64,000 nucleotides of DNA from Alphaproteobacteria bacterium (GTDB lineage Bacteria > Pseudomonadota > Alphaproteobacteria > UBA828): assembly GCA_965221125.1 (NCBI GenBank), contig CBDCRW010000004.1, positions 1 through 64,000 of the forward strand, given 5' to 3'. The number at the start of each line of letters is the position of its first letter. Position 1 is the first letter of the stretch. Under the pieces are notes generated by a model that was not told the origin of the DNA, searched no databases, and was given only the letters and a program-made list of their open reading frames with translations. A program made the position numbers and the translations under genes. Shown in pieces: positions 1 through 11,789 of the stretch.

Positions 1-474
1 GGGGTGGTGCGTGCGGACGGCGGCGCCCTTGACGTTCCCGGGTATCTTGATGCTGCTGAAGAACTGCAGCACGTCGCGGTCGACCCCGGCGTAGCCGCGT
101 GCGACCCAGAACTTCAGGAACGCCGCGACGTGGCCCAGATAGTGCAGTTGCTCGCGAGCGAGCAGCGACCGGTAGTCCATGAGAGCCGCCGCAGAGATGG
201 TGGCGCCGACCGGGACATCCCGCGCCATTCTTGCGAGGGCCTGGACGCCCCCCAACACGGTGTCGGGGGAGCGATCTTCCATGTAGGCAAGGGCAGCCTG
301 CTTGACGTTGTCGGCGTGCCCGGCGCCCCAATGATCTCGTATCGGCTTGAAGGAGATGCGGGTCACGCCCTTCTCCAGCACGATCTTCCAGACGTCGCCG
401 CCGGAATCGAATCCCGCATGGATGCCGCGCTCTCGCGGAGCGCCGGCAGGCTGCAATCCGCCCGGACTACTCAC
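1..474 (-). CDS. Second gene of a multi-recombinase cassette (GinB-like tyrosine recombinase), N-terminal part, runs off the window
   Basis: Not in the ORF track. GTG at 474 overlaps the upstream integrase stop by 8 nt and the frame is open to position 1: MSSPGGLQ...FDSGGDVWKI...FLKFWVARGYAGVD...KIPGNVKGAAVRTHHP. The PGNxKGxAV motif is recalled from second genes of GInt-type cassettes. Confidence 0.65.
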   Translation of the reverse strand, partial: MSSPGGLQPAGAPRERGIHAGFDSGGDVWKIVLEKGVTRISFKPIRDHWGAGHADNVKQAALAYMEDRSPDTVLGGVQALARMARDVPVGATISAAALMDYRSLLAREQLHYLGHVAAFLKFWVARGYAGVDRDVLQFFSSIKIPGNVKGAAVRTHHP

Positions 475-1711
475 CCTCGAACAATCCCTGGTGCATGCCT
501 CTCAGGGCGGCCTCGGCCGCCCGTTCGACGTGACGGTGCGTGTAGACCGCCGCCATCTTCGAATCCGGACTCCATCCCATCAGGAAGTTGCGGATGCGCT
601 CCTCGCTCGCCTCGGGGGTGCGATCGCCACGCTCCGCCCTGCCGTCGATCGCGGCCGAGAACCTGTCGTTCCAGGTGTGGCGCAACAGGTGAGGATGGAG
701 ACGGAAGCCGAGAACGCTTTCGAGCGCAGCGAAGACGTTGCCCACGCTTCTCGGGGTCAACGGCGCTCCCGGCCTGATTCCTGCATGGGACACGAAGACA
801 TAGGCGTGCATCCGGGCGCCGGGTTCGGTCCGGCGCCAATCCGACAGGTAGGCGAAGAGGATGTCCGCCAGCTCCGGCCTGATCGGCACGGGCCGTGCGC
901 CGGACTTGGTCTTCGGCTTCTGCCGACGAGGGTCCCGGGGGTCCGGAGGGCGCCGATGGATCGAGATCGTCAGTTTCCTGAAGTCGATGTCCGGGATCTT
1001 CAGGCCGCAAAGCTCGCCCCTGCGCATGCCGGTCTCGTCAAGGCAGGCAACAACGGCAAGGTTGCGATAGCGAACCGCCTCGCTCCGGAACGGGTTTTCC
1101 GGCGAGGACGGATCGATGACGGCGAACAGCCGGTCGCGCTGTTCCGGCGACAGGCCCTTCCTGGGCTCGGACGGTTGACGCGCGCCCACCTTCGCCCGGG
1201 CGGTCAGAGCCTTGACGGTGTCGCGAAGGAGCTGCTGCGATCCGGCGGCACGGCTGTGGCTTGCAAGCCAGTCGAGATAGGCAGCGACGGACCGCACACG
1301 GTTGGCTCCGGTCTGGGGGTCCAGCATCTCATCGCAGTCGTGGGGAAGGTGCCGATGAAGCTCCTTGCCCGATCTGGAAAGCGGCAGGACATTGGCTTGG
1401 TGGGGACGCTCGGTCCGATCCGGAACCCGGGCGGTCTTCAGCGCATGGGAAAGACTCTCGACCTCCCGCAGCTCCAGACCGGCGCCCGTGGCCATGCGTG
1501 CTTCGAGGGAGAGCCCGTTCGAGTGCGCCCACACCCGGGCCGCCGCGATCGCGCGCATGTGCGCCTCGATCGTGTTCTCGGCGCGGCCGGCGTTTCTGAG
1601 AATGGAGACCGCATACCGTATCGGCTCGGGCGCGGGGGCCGAGCCGGGCTCGACCAGGGCGGGGAGCGTCTCGCCGCCGGGAAGTCTGATTCTGCGGACG
1701 CTCTCGGGCAT
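467..1711 (-). CDS. Tyrosine recombinase/integrase (GinA-like)
   Basis: Catalytic residues: ETGMRRGEL (R), KPKTK (K), HPHLLRHTW (HxxR), LMGW, MAAVY. Confidence 0.9.
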   Translation of the reverse strand: MPESVRRIRLPGGETLPALVEPGSAPAPEPIRYAVSILRNAGRAENTIEAHMRAIAAARVWAHSNGLSLEARMATGAGLELREVESLSHALKTARVPDRTERPHQANVLPLSRSGKELHRHLPHDCDEMLDPQTGANRVRSVAAYLDWLASHSRAAGSQQLLRDTVKALTARAKVGARQPSEPRKGLSPEQRDRLFAVIDPSSPENPFRSEAVRYRNLAVVACLDETGMRRGELCGLKIPDIDFRKLTISIHRRPPDPRDPRRQKPKTKSGARPVPIRPELADILFAYLSDWRRTEPGARMHAYVFVSHAGIRPGAPLTPRSVGNVFAALESVLGFRLHPHLLRHTWNDRFSAAIDGRAERGDRTPEASEERIRNFLMGWSPDSKMAAVYTHRHVERAAEAALRGMHQGLFEGE

Positions 1712-1786
1712 CGAAAGTTTACGCTCTTGCCTTGTTCCGGCTTACCTAGAATTGCGACTCCAAACGTGTCAATCATGAAATTCAAC

Positions 1787-1826
1787 AAAAAATGAAAGCC
1801 CGCAAGGTGTTACCCCTGCGAGCTTT
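1787..1826 (-). terminator. Probable intrinsic terminator downstream of ssb
   Basis: Minus strand AAAGCTCGCAGGG-loop-CCTTGCGGGCTTT followed by CATTTTTT. Confidence 0.55.
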
Positions 1827-1847
1827 ACATTTCTACCTAACTTCCCC

Positions 1848-2297
1848 TTAGAATGGGAACGGCTGGCCCGAATTTTCGCCGTTCGCGGCCGCCGGCGCGT
1901 CCTCACCGTTGGCCGGCGCGGCGCCGTTGCCGTTGGTGCCGGCAGGCTTGTCCAAAAGCTGCACGCGCCCACCGGGAACGAGCAGGATCTCGGTCGAAAA
2001 CCGATCCGAGTCCTCGCCGTCCTTGCGCCACTTCCTGGTCTGCATCTTGCCCGAGACGTAGATCAGCCGGCCCTTCTTCGCGTGCTTCGCCAGCATATCG
2101 ATCAGCCCGTCCTGGAAGGTGACGACGCGATGCCACTCTGTCTTGTCGATCCGCTCGCCGCCTGCACGCCTGTCGATGTACGACTCGTCGGTGGCGATGC
2201 TCATGTTGGCGACGCGCCCGCCGGAGGCGAGGCTGTTGATGGTGACGTCCGCACCCAGGCGGCCAATGACTTCTGCGCGGTTCAGTCCGAAACTCAT
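1848..2297 (-). CDS. ssb: Single-stranded DNA-binding protein (mobile-element type)
   Basis: LNRAEVIGRLGAD, TEWHRVV, KKGRLIYVSGKMQTRKW, C-terminal PF. Confidence 0.93.
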   Translation of the reverse strand: MSFGLNRAEVIGRLGADVTINSLASGGRVANMSIATDESYIDRRAGGERIDKTEWHRVVTFQDGLIDMLAKHAKKGRLIYVSGKMQTRKWRKDGEDSDRFSTEILLVPGGRVQLLDKPAGTNGNGAAPANGEDAPAAANGENSGQPFPF

Positions 2298-2543
2298 CTT
2301 CGTGCTCCTTCACGTGCGAGTTCTGACGATGGTTGACGAACGGATCGGACCGCTCTCTCGCGACCTCCTCCGTTCACCCTCCTTCAAGCTCTCCCTTCCC
2401 TCTCGCCTGCGGCCTGATCCGGCGGTGGCCGGCTTCCCGAGGGCCCCGCGGACCGCACGGCCGCCGCGGCGCCGACGCCGATCCTGGATCGGGAAGTTGC
2501 CGAACGACCTGGCCCACGGCATCTGTCTGGGGCAAGGCCGCAC

Positions 2544-3350
2544 TCATGCCGGCGGCAGCGCCATCAGCGGCACGTTGGAGAGGAACTCGACCTGGTCGGG
2601 CCGCAGCTTGGCGAAGGCGAGGCAGGCGGCGGCTTCGGCCTCAGTCTCGAAGGTCCCCAGCTCCCGCGAGGTCTGCAGCTCGATCACGGTGATCTGCGGC
2701 GGCCAGAGCGCCGCCAGGTGACGCTCGGGCGCGCGGGAGTTGGACCGATATGCGCAGTGCTCACAGCGGGCCGCACCACCGGTGCGGACTCCACAATCCA
2801 CACACGCGCCCCGCGCGCGCCTCGCGGCATAGCGTCTCTTCCCGACGGCGCTCCTTTGCTCGGGGGAGACGCGCTCCTTCTCCAGCGTGAGGCAGCGGCC
2901 GCAGCGCGACAGGCCCCCGACCGTGGGCTGCGTGCAGCGTACGCAGCGGCCGACAGCGCGCCGCGCGTCATAGCGCCGGCGGTCGCGTGCGCGCCGTGTC
3001 TCGCGGCATGGCTCGCAGACGGAGCGGCCCTCCTCCGGCCGACGGCGGCCGCAGGATGTACACAGCCCTGCCTCCTTCCACGCCCTCCGCCGCCGCCTGT
3101 CGCCGGCGCGGTCGGCTCTGCGGCAGCGCTCCGGATCGCGGCCGCCGTACTGCTTGCCCTCAGCGCGGGCCTTGGCCCGGCGGGCGCGGTCGGCGGCGCG
3201 GCGTTTCTCGGCACAGCCGGTGCACATCTTGAGGCCAGGCTCGGAAGGAAGCCGACCGCAGCGGGTGCACCGGCCGCTGGCGATGCGCGCGGCGTGGCGC
3301 TGGCGGAGGCGTCGATCCCGCGCCTTCTTCACCGGGTCCTTGAGCGGCAT
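2544..3350 (-). CDS. Arg-rich protein with 4 tandem GxCxxC-x8-11-CxxC zinc-finger repeats and a conserved C-terminal domain
   Basis: GRCTRCG..MCTGC, GLCTSCG..VCEPC, GRCVRCT..RCGRC, GACVDCG..RCEHC. Paralogue at 33777-35042. Confidence 0.8.
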   Translation of the reverse strand: MPLKDPVKKARDRRLRQRHAARIASGRCTRCGRLPSEPGLKMCTGCAEKRRAADRARRAKARAEGKQYGGRDPERCRRADRAGDRRRRRAWKEAGLCTSCGRRRPEEGRSVCEPCRETRRARDRRRYDARRAVGRCVRCTQPTVGGLSRCGRCLTLEKERVSPEQRSAVGKRRYAARRARGACVDCGVRTGGAARCEHCAYRSNSRAPERHLAALWPPQITVIELQTSRELGTFETEAEAAACLAFAKLRPDQVEFLSNVPLMALPPA

Positions 3351-3365
3351 GGCCGGCCACCCCTG

Positions 3366-3689
3366 TCAGCGCGCGTAGCGGGTGGTCAGCAAGCCTGTGG
3401 CTTGGGTCCCCCACATCTGCACGCCGGAGCGAGCCAGCTTGACCCCCGTGCAGACGATGATTTCGTTGGGCGCAGGCCGCATCTCCCGGACCGCTTTGCG
3501 CGAAACGATCTTCCTGCGCGGCTTGCCCCGGCCCTTCGTCCTGGGCCGCTCCGCCTGGACAGGCTCGATCTCGCCGTTGGGATGGGAGCGGTACTTCTCG
3601 ACCACGTAGCGCTCGTCGTCGAGGCCTCTGCCGAACAGGTGCACCAGAAAGGTCTGCGCGTCGCGATGGAATATTCGGTCGGTCCGCAT
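3366..3689 (-). CDS. Hypothetical 107-aa protein, partner of the zinc-finger repeat protein
   Basis: ATG after GGGGAGG. TFLVHLFGRGLDDERYVVEKYR...KAVREMRPAPNEIIVCTG...GVQMWG. Clear paralogue at 35127-35456. Confidence 0.75.
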   Translation of the reverse strand: MRTDRIFHRDAQTFLVHLFGRGLDDERYVVEKYRSHPNGEIEPVQAERPRTKGRGKPRRKIVSRKAVREMRPAPNEIIVCTGVKLARSGVQMWGTQATGLLTTRYAR

Positions 3690-4039
3690 CTTGCCGCCTC
3701 CCCCGGTGAAGGTTGCCGACGGCGAGGACACGCTCCGCAGCGCCGCCCCCGCCGCCCCGGTTCCGGCCGGGCTCTCGCTCATGGCGACGTGCCGGCGGCG
3801 GAGGGGCGGGCGGCGCGCTGGGGTGGCGGAAGCCCCCGTTTCATCGTCCGGGGACGCTGGAGGCGGGGGAAGAGGCGTGGGCCGGTGATAGCTGCAGATC
3901 GTGCGCTGGGCCACGGTGCTGGAAGAGATGTTCGCCGAGGACGAGCGCAACGCCGCCGGGGAAGGCCGCCAGGACCCCGGTTGCAGGTCCCGTCGTCCGC
4001 GCGGCAGCGCACGGACGGCGGGCAACGCCCGGCGGAGGG

Positions 4040-7301
<3,262 letters not shown>

Positions 7302-7591
7302 ACCCTGGAAACGGGGTCAGCCGCGACTATGCGGCGCCACGTATGGGCAAAGGACCACACGGCATGCGGTTCTTATGGTCGAGCCGAACGCACCACGCCT
7401 TCGGCGCGCAGCGCAGGCGCAGATCGCACAGCCGCGAAGGTCGCCTACGGCAGGCGCGCTGCCGATCCATGTCTCGGCCCATGGCGCTCGATCACCGCTG
7501 GGGCCGGGGAAACGCACGTGCCCCGACACTGGTCCCCTGGTCCCCCGCATGCACGGTGCTGCCGGCAGGCGCGTCCCCGCCGGCAAGATAC

Positions 7592-8617
7592 TCACGGCTC
7601 GGTCCATCCCGCCCGGTGCCTGGCCGCGCCGCCGAAGAAGGCGAGGCACGCCCGCGCCAGCGATCTCTGCCTCCCCTCCTCCGTGAGCACGGCAAGGAAG
7701 CTCCTGCCAGTCTCGACGAAGCCGCCCGCCTGCATCACCAGAGTGTCGGCCTCCACATGCCGTCCAATCAGATGACGCCAGCCGAGCACGAGGCCGCGGC
7801 CGGCAACGGCCGCTTCAAGCGCCTGGGCATGACTCTCGACGACTTCGTACCGGGGGGCCGGGGCCGGACGACCCACGGCCTCGAACCAGCGCTCCCAGGA
7901 CGCTCCGCTCTCGCCAGGCCCCGCGAGATCGAGAAGGGTCAGACCGTCCCAGCCCGCCGCAGGTCCGTCCAGAACCTGGGCATGGGCGGCGGCGTAGCCG
8001 GGAGAGCAGAAGGCGCCAACGGCTCCCCTGGCAACCGTCACGCAGTGCCTGGGTGCGGCAGTCTCCGCGTCCCAGGTGAGCATGATGTCGGCGGCGGGCT
8101 CGGACGGCGCCGGCGCTGCTGCGTTTGTGTGGGCGAGGATGCGGATTCGGACGTCATCTCCAAGCGCAGCTTTCAGCGCCTCATAGCGCTGCATCGCGAA
8201 GAGATGGGACAACTCGCCCGGACAGGCGATCGCTACCTCCGTCCCGTCCTCGCCGGAGTGTTCCGCAATCTCCGCAGCCCCGCCATGGAGAGCGTCGAGA
8301 GCCAGAAGGACGGCCTTGTGAAAGCGAAGCCCCGCATCGGTCAGACTCACCCCGATCCGGGAGCGCTCGAACAGCCGTGCCGAGAGCTGGCCCTCCAGTC
8401 GCGCAATGAGGCGGCTGATCGCCGACTGCGAGGTGCCGAGCTCACGCGCCGCAAGGGAGAAGCTGCCGTGCCGTACCGCGCTCTCGAAGGCGATCAGGGC
8501 GCTCATCGACGGAACACTGTAAGGACTGCGATCGCTCAAGGGCGCGCGGGCGCGGCCAGAGCGCACGTTCCCGTCCTCGCGCTGCTCCACATGGCGCGGC
8601 TCTCCGCTCCTGGCCAT
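7592..8617 (-). CDS. LysR-family regulator (GcvA-like); start uncertain
   Basis: PSMSALIAFESAVRHGSFSLAARELGTSQSAISRLIARLE...LFER, followed by a substrate-binding domain. Confidence 0.85.
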   Translation of the reverse strand: MARSGEPRHVEQREDGNVRSGRARAPLSDRSPYSVPSMSALIAFESAVRHGSFSLAARELGTSQSAISRLIARLEGQLSARLFERSRIGVSLTDAGLRFHKAVLLALDALHGGAAEIAEHSGEDGTEVAIACPGELSHLFAMQRYEALKAALGDDVRIRILAHTNAAAPAPSEPAADIMLTWDAETAAPRHCVTVARGAVGAFCSPGYAAAHAQVLDGPAAGWDGLTLLDLAGPGESGASWERWFEAVGRPAPAPRYEVVESHAQALEAAVAGRGLVLGWRHLIGRHVEADTLVMQAGGFVETGRSFLAVLTEEGRQRSLARACLAFFGGAARHRAGWTEP

Positions 8618-8703
8618 GCATCCCTCCCCGGCACGTATCACCGCGTGAGCCCGGTCTCCGCAGCCGCCAGGCGCTCAGGCCGCGAGAACCCCGCCGGGCC
8701 GCC

Positions 8704-9150
8704 TCACTCCGCCTGGGCCAGCGCCACGCGCTTCGTCAGCGTCACCACGTTGCGCCCGTCCTGCCGCCGGTAAGCCAACGTATCCATCGTCTTGTGCACG
8801 AGATAGATGCCGAGACCGCCCTTGGCGCGCTCGTCGAGCGAGGCTCCTAGGTCCGGCGCTGGCGCCTGCGAAGAGTCGAACACCGTGCCGTCGTCTGCGA
8901 TCTCGACCGCCAGCGCTCCGCCCTCAAGGTGGAGGACGAGCTTGATCCGATGCTCCCCATCGTCGTCGTAGCCGTAGCTGATCGTATTGGTCAGAAGCTT
9001 GTCGACCGCCAGATTGACCTCAAAGGCAATCTCTGTCGCCAGCCCATGCCTCGCGCAGAACGCGTCGATGTTCTCGGCGGCGATGGCGATATTCCGCAGA
9101 TCGCTGACCAGCGAGAGCTCGAGAACGTCGTCGGTACCGGCCGCAGTCAT
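8704..9150 (-). CDS. RsbW-like anti-sigma factor / HATPase_c_2 protein
   Basis: NLAVDKLLTNTISYGY, IADDGTVFD, GGLGIYLV. Confidence 0.85.
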   Translation of the reverse strand: MTAAGTDDVLELSLVSDLRNIAIAAENIDAFCARHGLATEIAFEVNLAVDKLLTNTISYGYDDDGEHRIKLVLHLEGGALAVEIADDGTVFDSSQAPAPDLGASLDERAKGGLGIYLVHKTMDTLAYRRQDGRNVVTLTKRVALAQAE

Positions 9151-9213
9151 TTGCCGAACGCCCCACGCCCGCCCCGTGCAGCACGCGTCCGCCGCTTGCG
9201 TCTCCGGCGGCCG

Positions 9214-9489
9214 CTACGGCTTGGCGGGCTCGATAATGATGCGGCCGCGGCCACGTCTGAGAAGATAGCCGCCGCGCGGGATAGCCAGCGTGCCCTGCTG
9301 CACAAGCGGCCAGAGCGTGTCGACGATCAGGGTTGCACTCTCGTCCGGCGCCGACCCCGCAGCCGCCGGCTGCGCGGAAAGCCACTCCGCGAAGGCGCGT
9401 TCTGCGATATCGTCGCCGATAGACTTGCGCAACGCATCGAGTTTTCTGCGTTGCCCCTTCGTTAGAACGGATTCGTCGATTGCGGACAT
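9214..9489 (-). CDS. Hypothetical 91-aa protein
   Basis: RBS AAGGAG then MSAIDESVLTKGQRRKLDALRKSIGDDIAERAFAEWL...GGYLLRRGRGRIIIEP. Protein-like composition. Confidence 0.65.
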   Translation of the reverse strand: MSAIDESVLTKGQRRKLDALRKSIGDDIAERAFAEWLSAQPAAAGSAPDESATLIVDTLWPLVQQGTLAIPRGGYLLRRGRGRIIIEPAKP

Positions 9490-9611
9490 CCGAAATTGCT
9501 CCTTCGAAGGCTGAAATGCCGACGGCGCTATATAGCAGTTACAGGGAACAGTGCGAACCCGAGCGATCTGCCGGACCGGTCGGGTCGACATGCCCCGCCT
9601 GCGTAACGCGT

Positions 9612-9935
9612 CTACACCGCGTCAGGCACCTCAGCTCGAGGGTCGAGATCGGCTCGCGTCGGCAGAAGACGGATCGTATCGCCCCTCTCGTTGTCGGCGT
9701 AGACGAGATCGTAATGTGCCTGAAGATTGAGCCAGAACTCCGGCTCGACACTGAACCAGTGTCCGAAGCGAAGCGCCGTGTCGCCGGTGATCGAGCGCCT
9801 GCCGTTGATAATCTGGCTGACCCGGTTGGCCGGCACATCGATCTGGCGCGCGAACTCCGTCGGTGTGATGCCGACTTCCGCAAGCTCTTCCTTCAATATC
9901 CGGCCGGGATGGACGCTGCGTCTCAGCACGGGCAC
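9612..9935 (-). CDS. higA: HigA-family antitoxin (XRE HTH)
   Basis: VHPGRILKEEL...FARQIDVPANRVSQIINGRRSITGDTALRFGHWF...EFWLNLQ. GTG start at 9935 or 9929. Confidence 0.92.
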   Translation of the reverse strand: MPVLRRSVHPGRILKEELAEVGITPTEFARQIDVPANRVSQIINGRRSITGDTALRFGHWFSVEPEFWLNLQAHYDLVYADNERGDTIRLLPTRADLDPRAEVPDAV

Positions 9936-9942
9936 TCCCCTC

Positions 9943-10230
9943 TCACGAGTGATAGTCCACCATCTCGACATTGCTCGGACCCGACTGACCCTCCGGCCAC
10001 TCGAAACAGACGCGCCACTGTCGGTTGACGCGAATGGAATACTGTCCCTTCCGGTCTCCCCCCAGGGCCTCCAACCGATTGCTCGGCAAGTTTCTCAGTG
10101 TGCCAAGCGACGGTGCGGCGTTCAGGATCGCGAGACGTCTGACCGCTTGTTGCTCAAAGCCCCGGAACTCCCGCACCGCTCGGCCGCTGGCGAATCTCTC
10201 CGTCTTCTTGTCCCTGTAGCCGAGGATCAT
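9943..10230 (-). CDS. higB: HigB-family (RelE-like) toxin
   Basis: MILGYRDKKTERF...PSNRLEALGGDRKGQYSIRVNRQWRVCFEW...VEMVDYH. Upstream of higA. Confidence 0.92.
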   Translation of the reverse strand: MILGYRDKKTERFASGRAVREFRGFEQQAVRRLAILNAAPSLGTLRNLPSNRLEALGGDRKGQYSIRVNRQWRVCFEWPEGQSGPSNVEMVDYHS

Positions 10231-11157
10231 CAACAGACAACATAGCCCGATGACGATGTACGTCAAGCGTAGTTGGCGGCAATGACGCTCCGGACTGGAG
10301 ACGCCGAGAGGCTTCAAAGGGGCCGGCCGTATCTGGCTGCAGCGGCCGCGCGGACCTGCGGGTGTTGAACGCCACGGTTATGGCGCTCATGCTGTCGCCG
10401 CCGAAGTCTGAAACCATGCAGGCGGCCGTGGCCGTGTCGGCGACCACGACGGGTTCTGCCTCAGCCGGTCAGGCGAGTACCGGACGCACTCGGCGGAGAC
10501 CGTCACCGGCCTGCGCCGCCCCGCCGACGGGATCGAAAATCGCCTCCCGGCGGGCCTATTTGATTCCGGTTTCGGGGGCGACGGCGACGGGCTCGCGCAG
10601 CGTTTCGGCCCGAGTCGCTACGGGTCGCTACGCAGGGCTACGCTGGAGTTGGAATTCACTCGCTTCCGGAGTGATTACGGCGGGCGGTTTCAGGGTCAGT
10701 CGGAAAGGGCTGATTCGAGAGCTAAGCGGCTGTATCGATTTAGAGAACCGAGGGTGTAGCTTCTGTCCTACGTCCAGGCTCTCCTCATTCTGAAGAGGCC
10801 TCGTCGGGAGGCCTCGTTTGTGGACTGCAGCGCCGAGTTTACCAAGACGACTCCGGCAGTGTCCATAGTCATCGCACCGCCTTATCGGCAAGGCCTCGAT
10901 CGGCCCCTGGCGATGGACGACGTTGCGATGCCATTACTGCCCATTCGCCCCGCCGTCAACCCATAGATACCGCGATGGCCTTGCGGGCCTTGCCTCCCCC
11001 TCGCCGCTGCTTTGCTGCATACCCTCACGACATTCTTCCAGTCGCCCGACATGCTGCTCAGCAAAGCACGCCATATGCTGGCGGTGAATGCAAGGGGGAA
11101 TTGCATTGGCCGCAAAAATGTCGGAAAGCCGTGTCCGCGAAGCCACACCGTCGGCCC

Positions 11158-11555
11158 TCATGACGCCTGCGCCAGCGTGGCGGCCGGCGGCGCGGCCCCG
11201 TCGAGCAGCGGCGCAGGGAGGATGTCCGCCCCGATCTCGGCCGCGACCCTGGCGGCGGATACCTTAATAGTGTCCCGAGCCACGCAGGCGCGCCCGATGC
11301 TGCAGGCGCCGCAGGCATCGCACGCGCCTCCGCACCCGTTCCGCCCCGCCGCCGGCCGGGCGGCCGCGCGCGCGGCTGTGGCCGGAAAGATGTCCTCGCC
11401 GATCTGGCTCGCGACTCGGGTTGCTGCGTCCTTGACGGCGTCGCGCGTGAGGTGGGTGTAGCGGGCGGTCGTCTGGATCTGCGCGTGGCCCAGGAGCTTC
11501 GCGATCACCGGCAGGCTCTCGCCCAGCGCCAGCGCGCGTGAGGCATAAGAGTGGC
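11158..11555 (-). pseudogene. C-terminal fragment of an interrupted tyrosine integrase
   Basis: HSYASRALALGESLPVIAKLLGHAQIQTTARYTHL. Homology begins abruptly at the att repeat and is in frame with the N-part at 36499-37501. Confidence 0.92.
11543..11555. repeat. att site (left junction) GCATAAGAGTGGC
   Basis: 12/13 match to GCACAAGAGTGGC at 36495-36507, with an exact 9-bp AAGAGTGGC. Coincides with the integrase breakpoint. Confidence 0.85.
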
Positions 11556-11789
11556 TTACATAATGTATAACGCGCCCCGATTTCGCCAGATACCGACCAT
11601 TGCCGACCAGAACCGGCTATACTTCTATAAACTGCTTTTTATCAATAGATTAGAAACAGAATGCGGTTGTCGCGATGCTGCCTATGGGGCTTGCATCGCC
11701 GCCTGAAGCCGACTATCGTCGACCTTGTTACGCGGTCAGACAGTTCCTATTTGATTACGGGATTGTCCGCGATTCCGGAGACGCCGTCC

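Noticed and set aside
11553-11580. Chromosomal dif site
   Set aside because: Matches only a XerC-like arm plus TGTATA; the XerD arm (TTATGTTAAA-like) is missing. Better explained as the element end.
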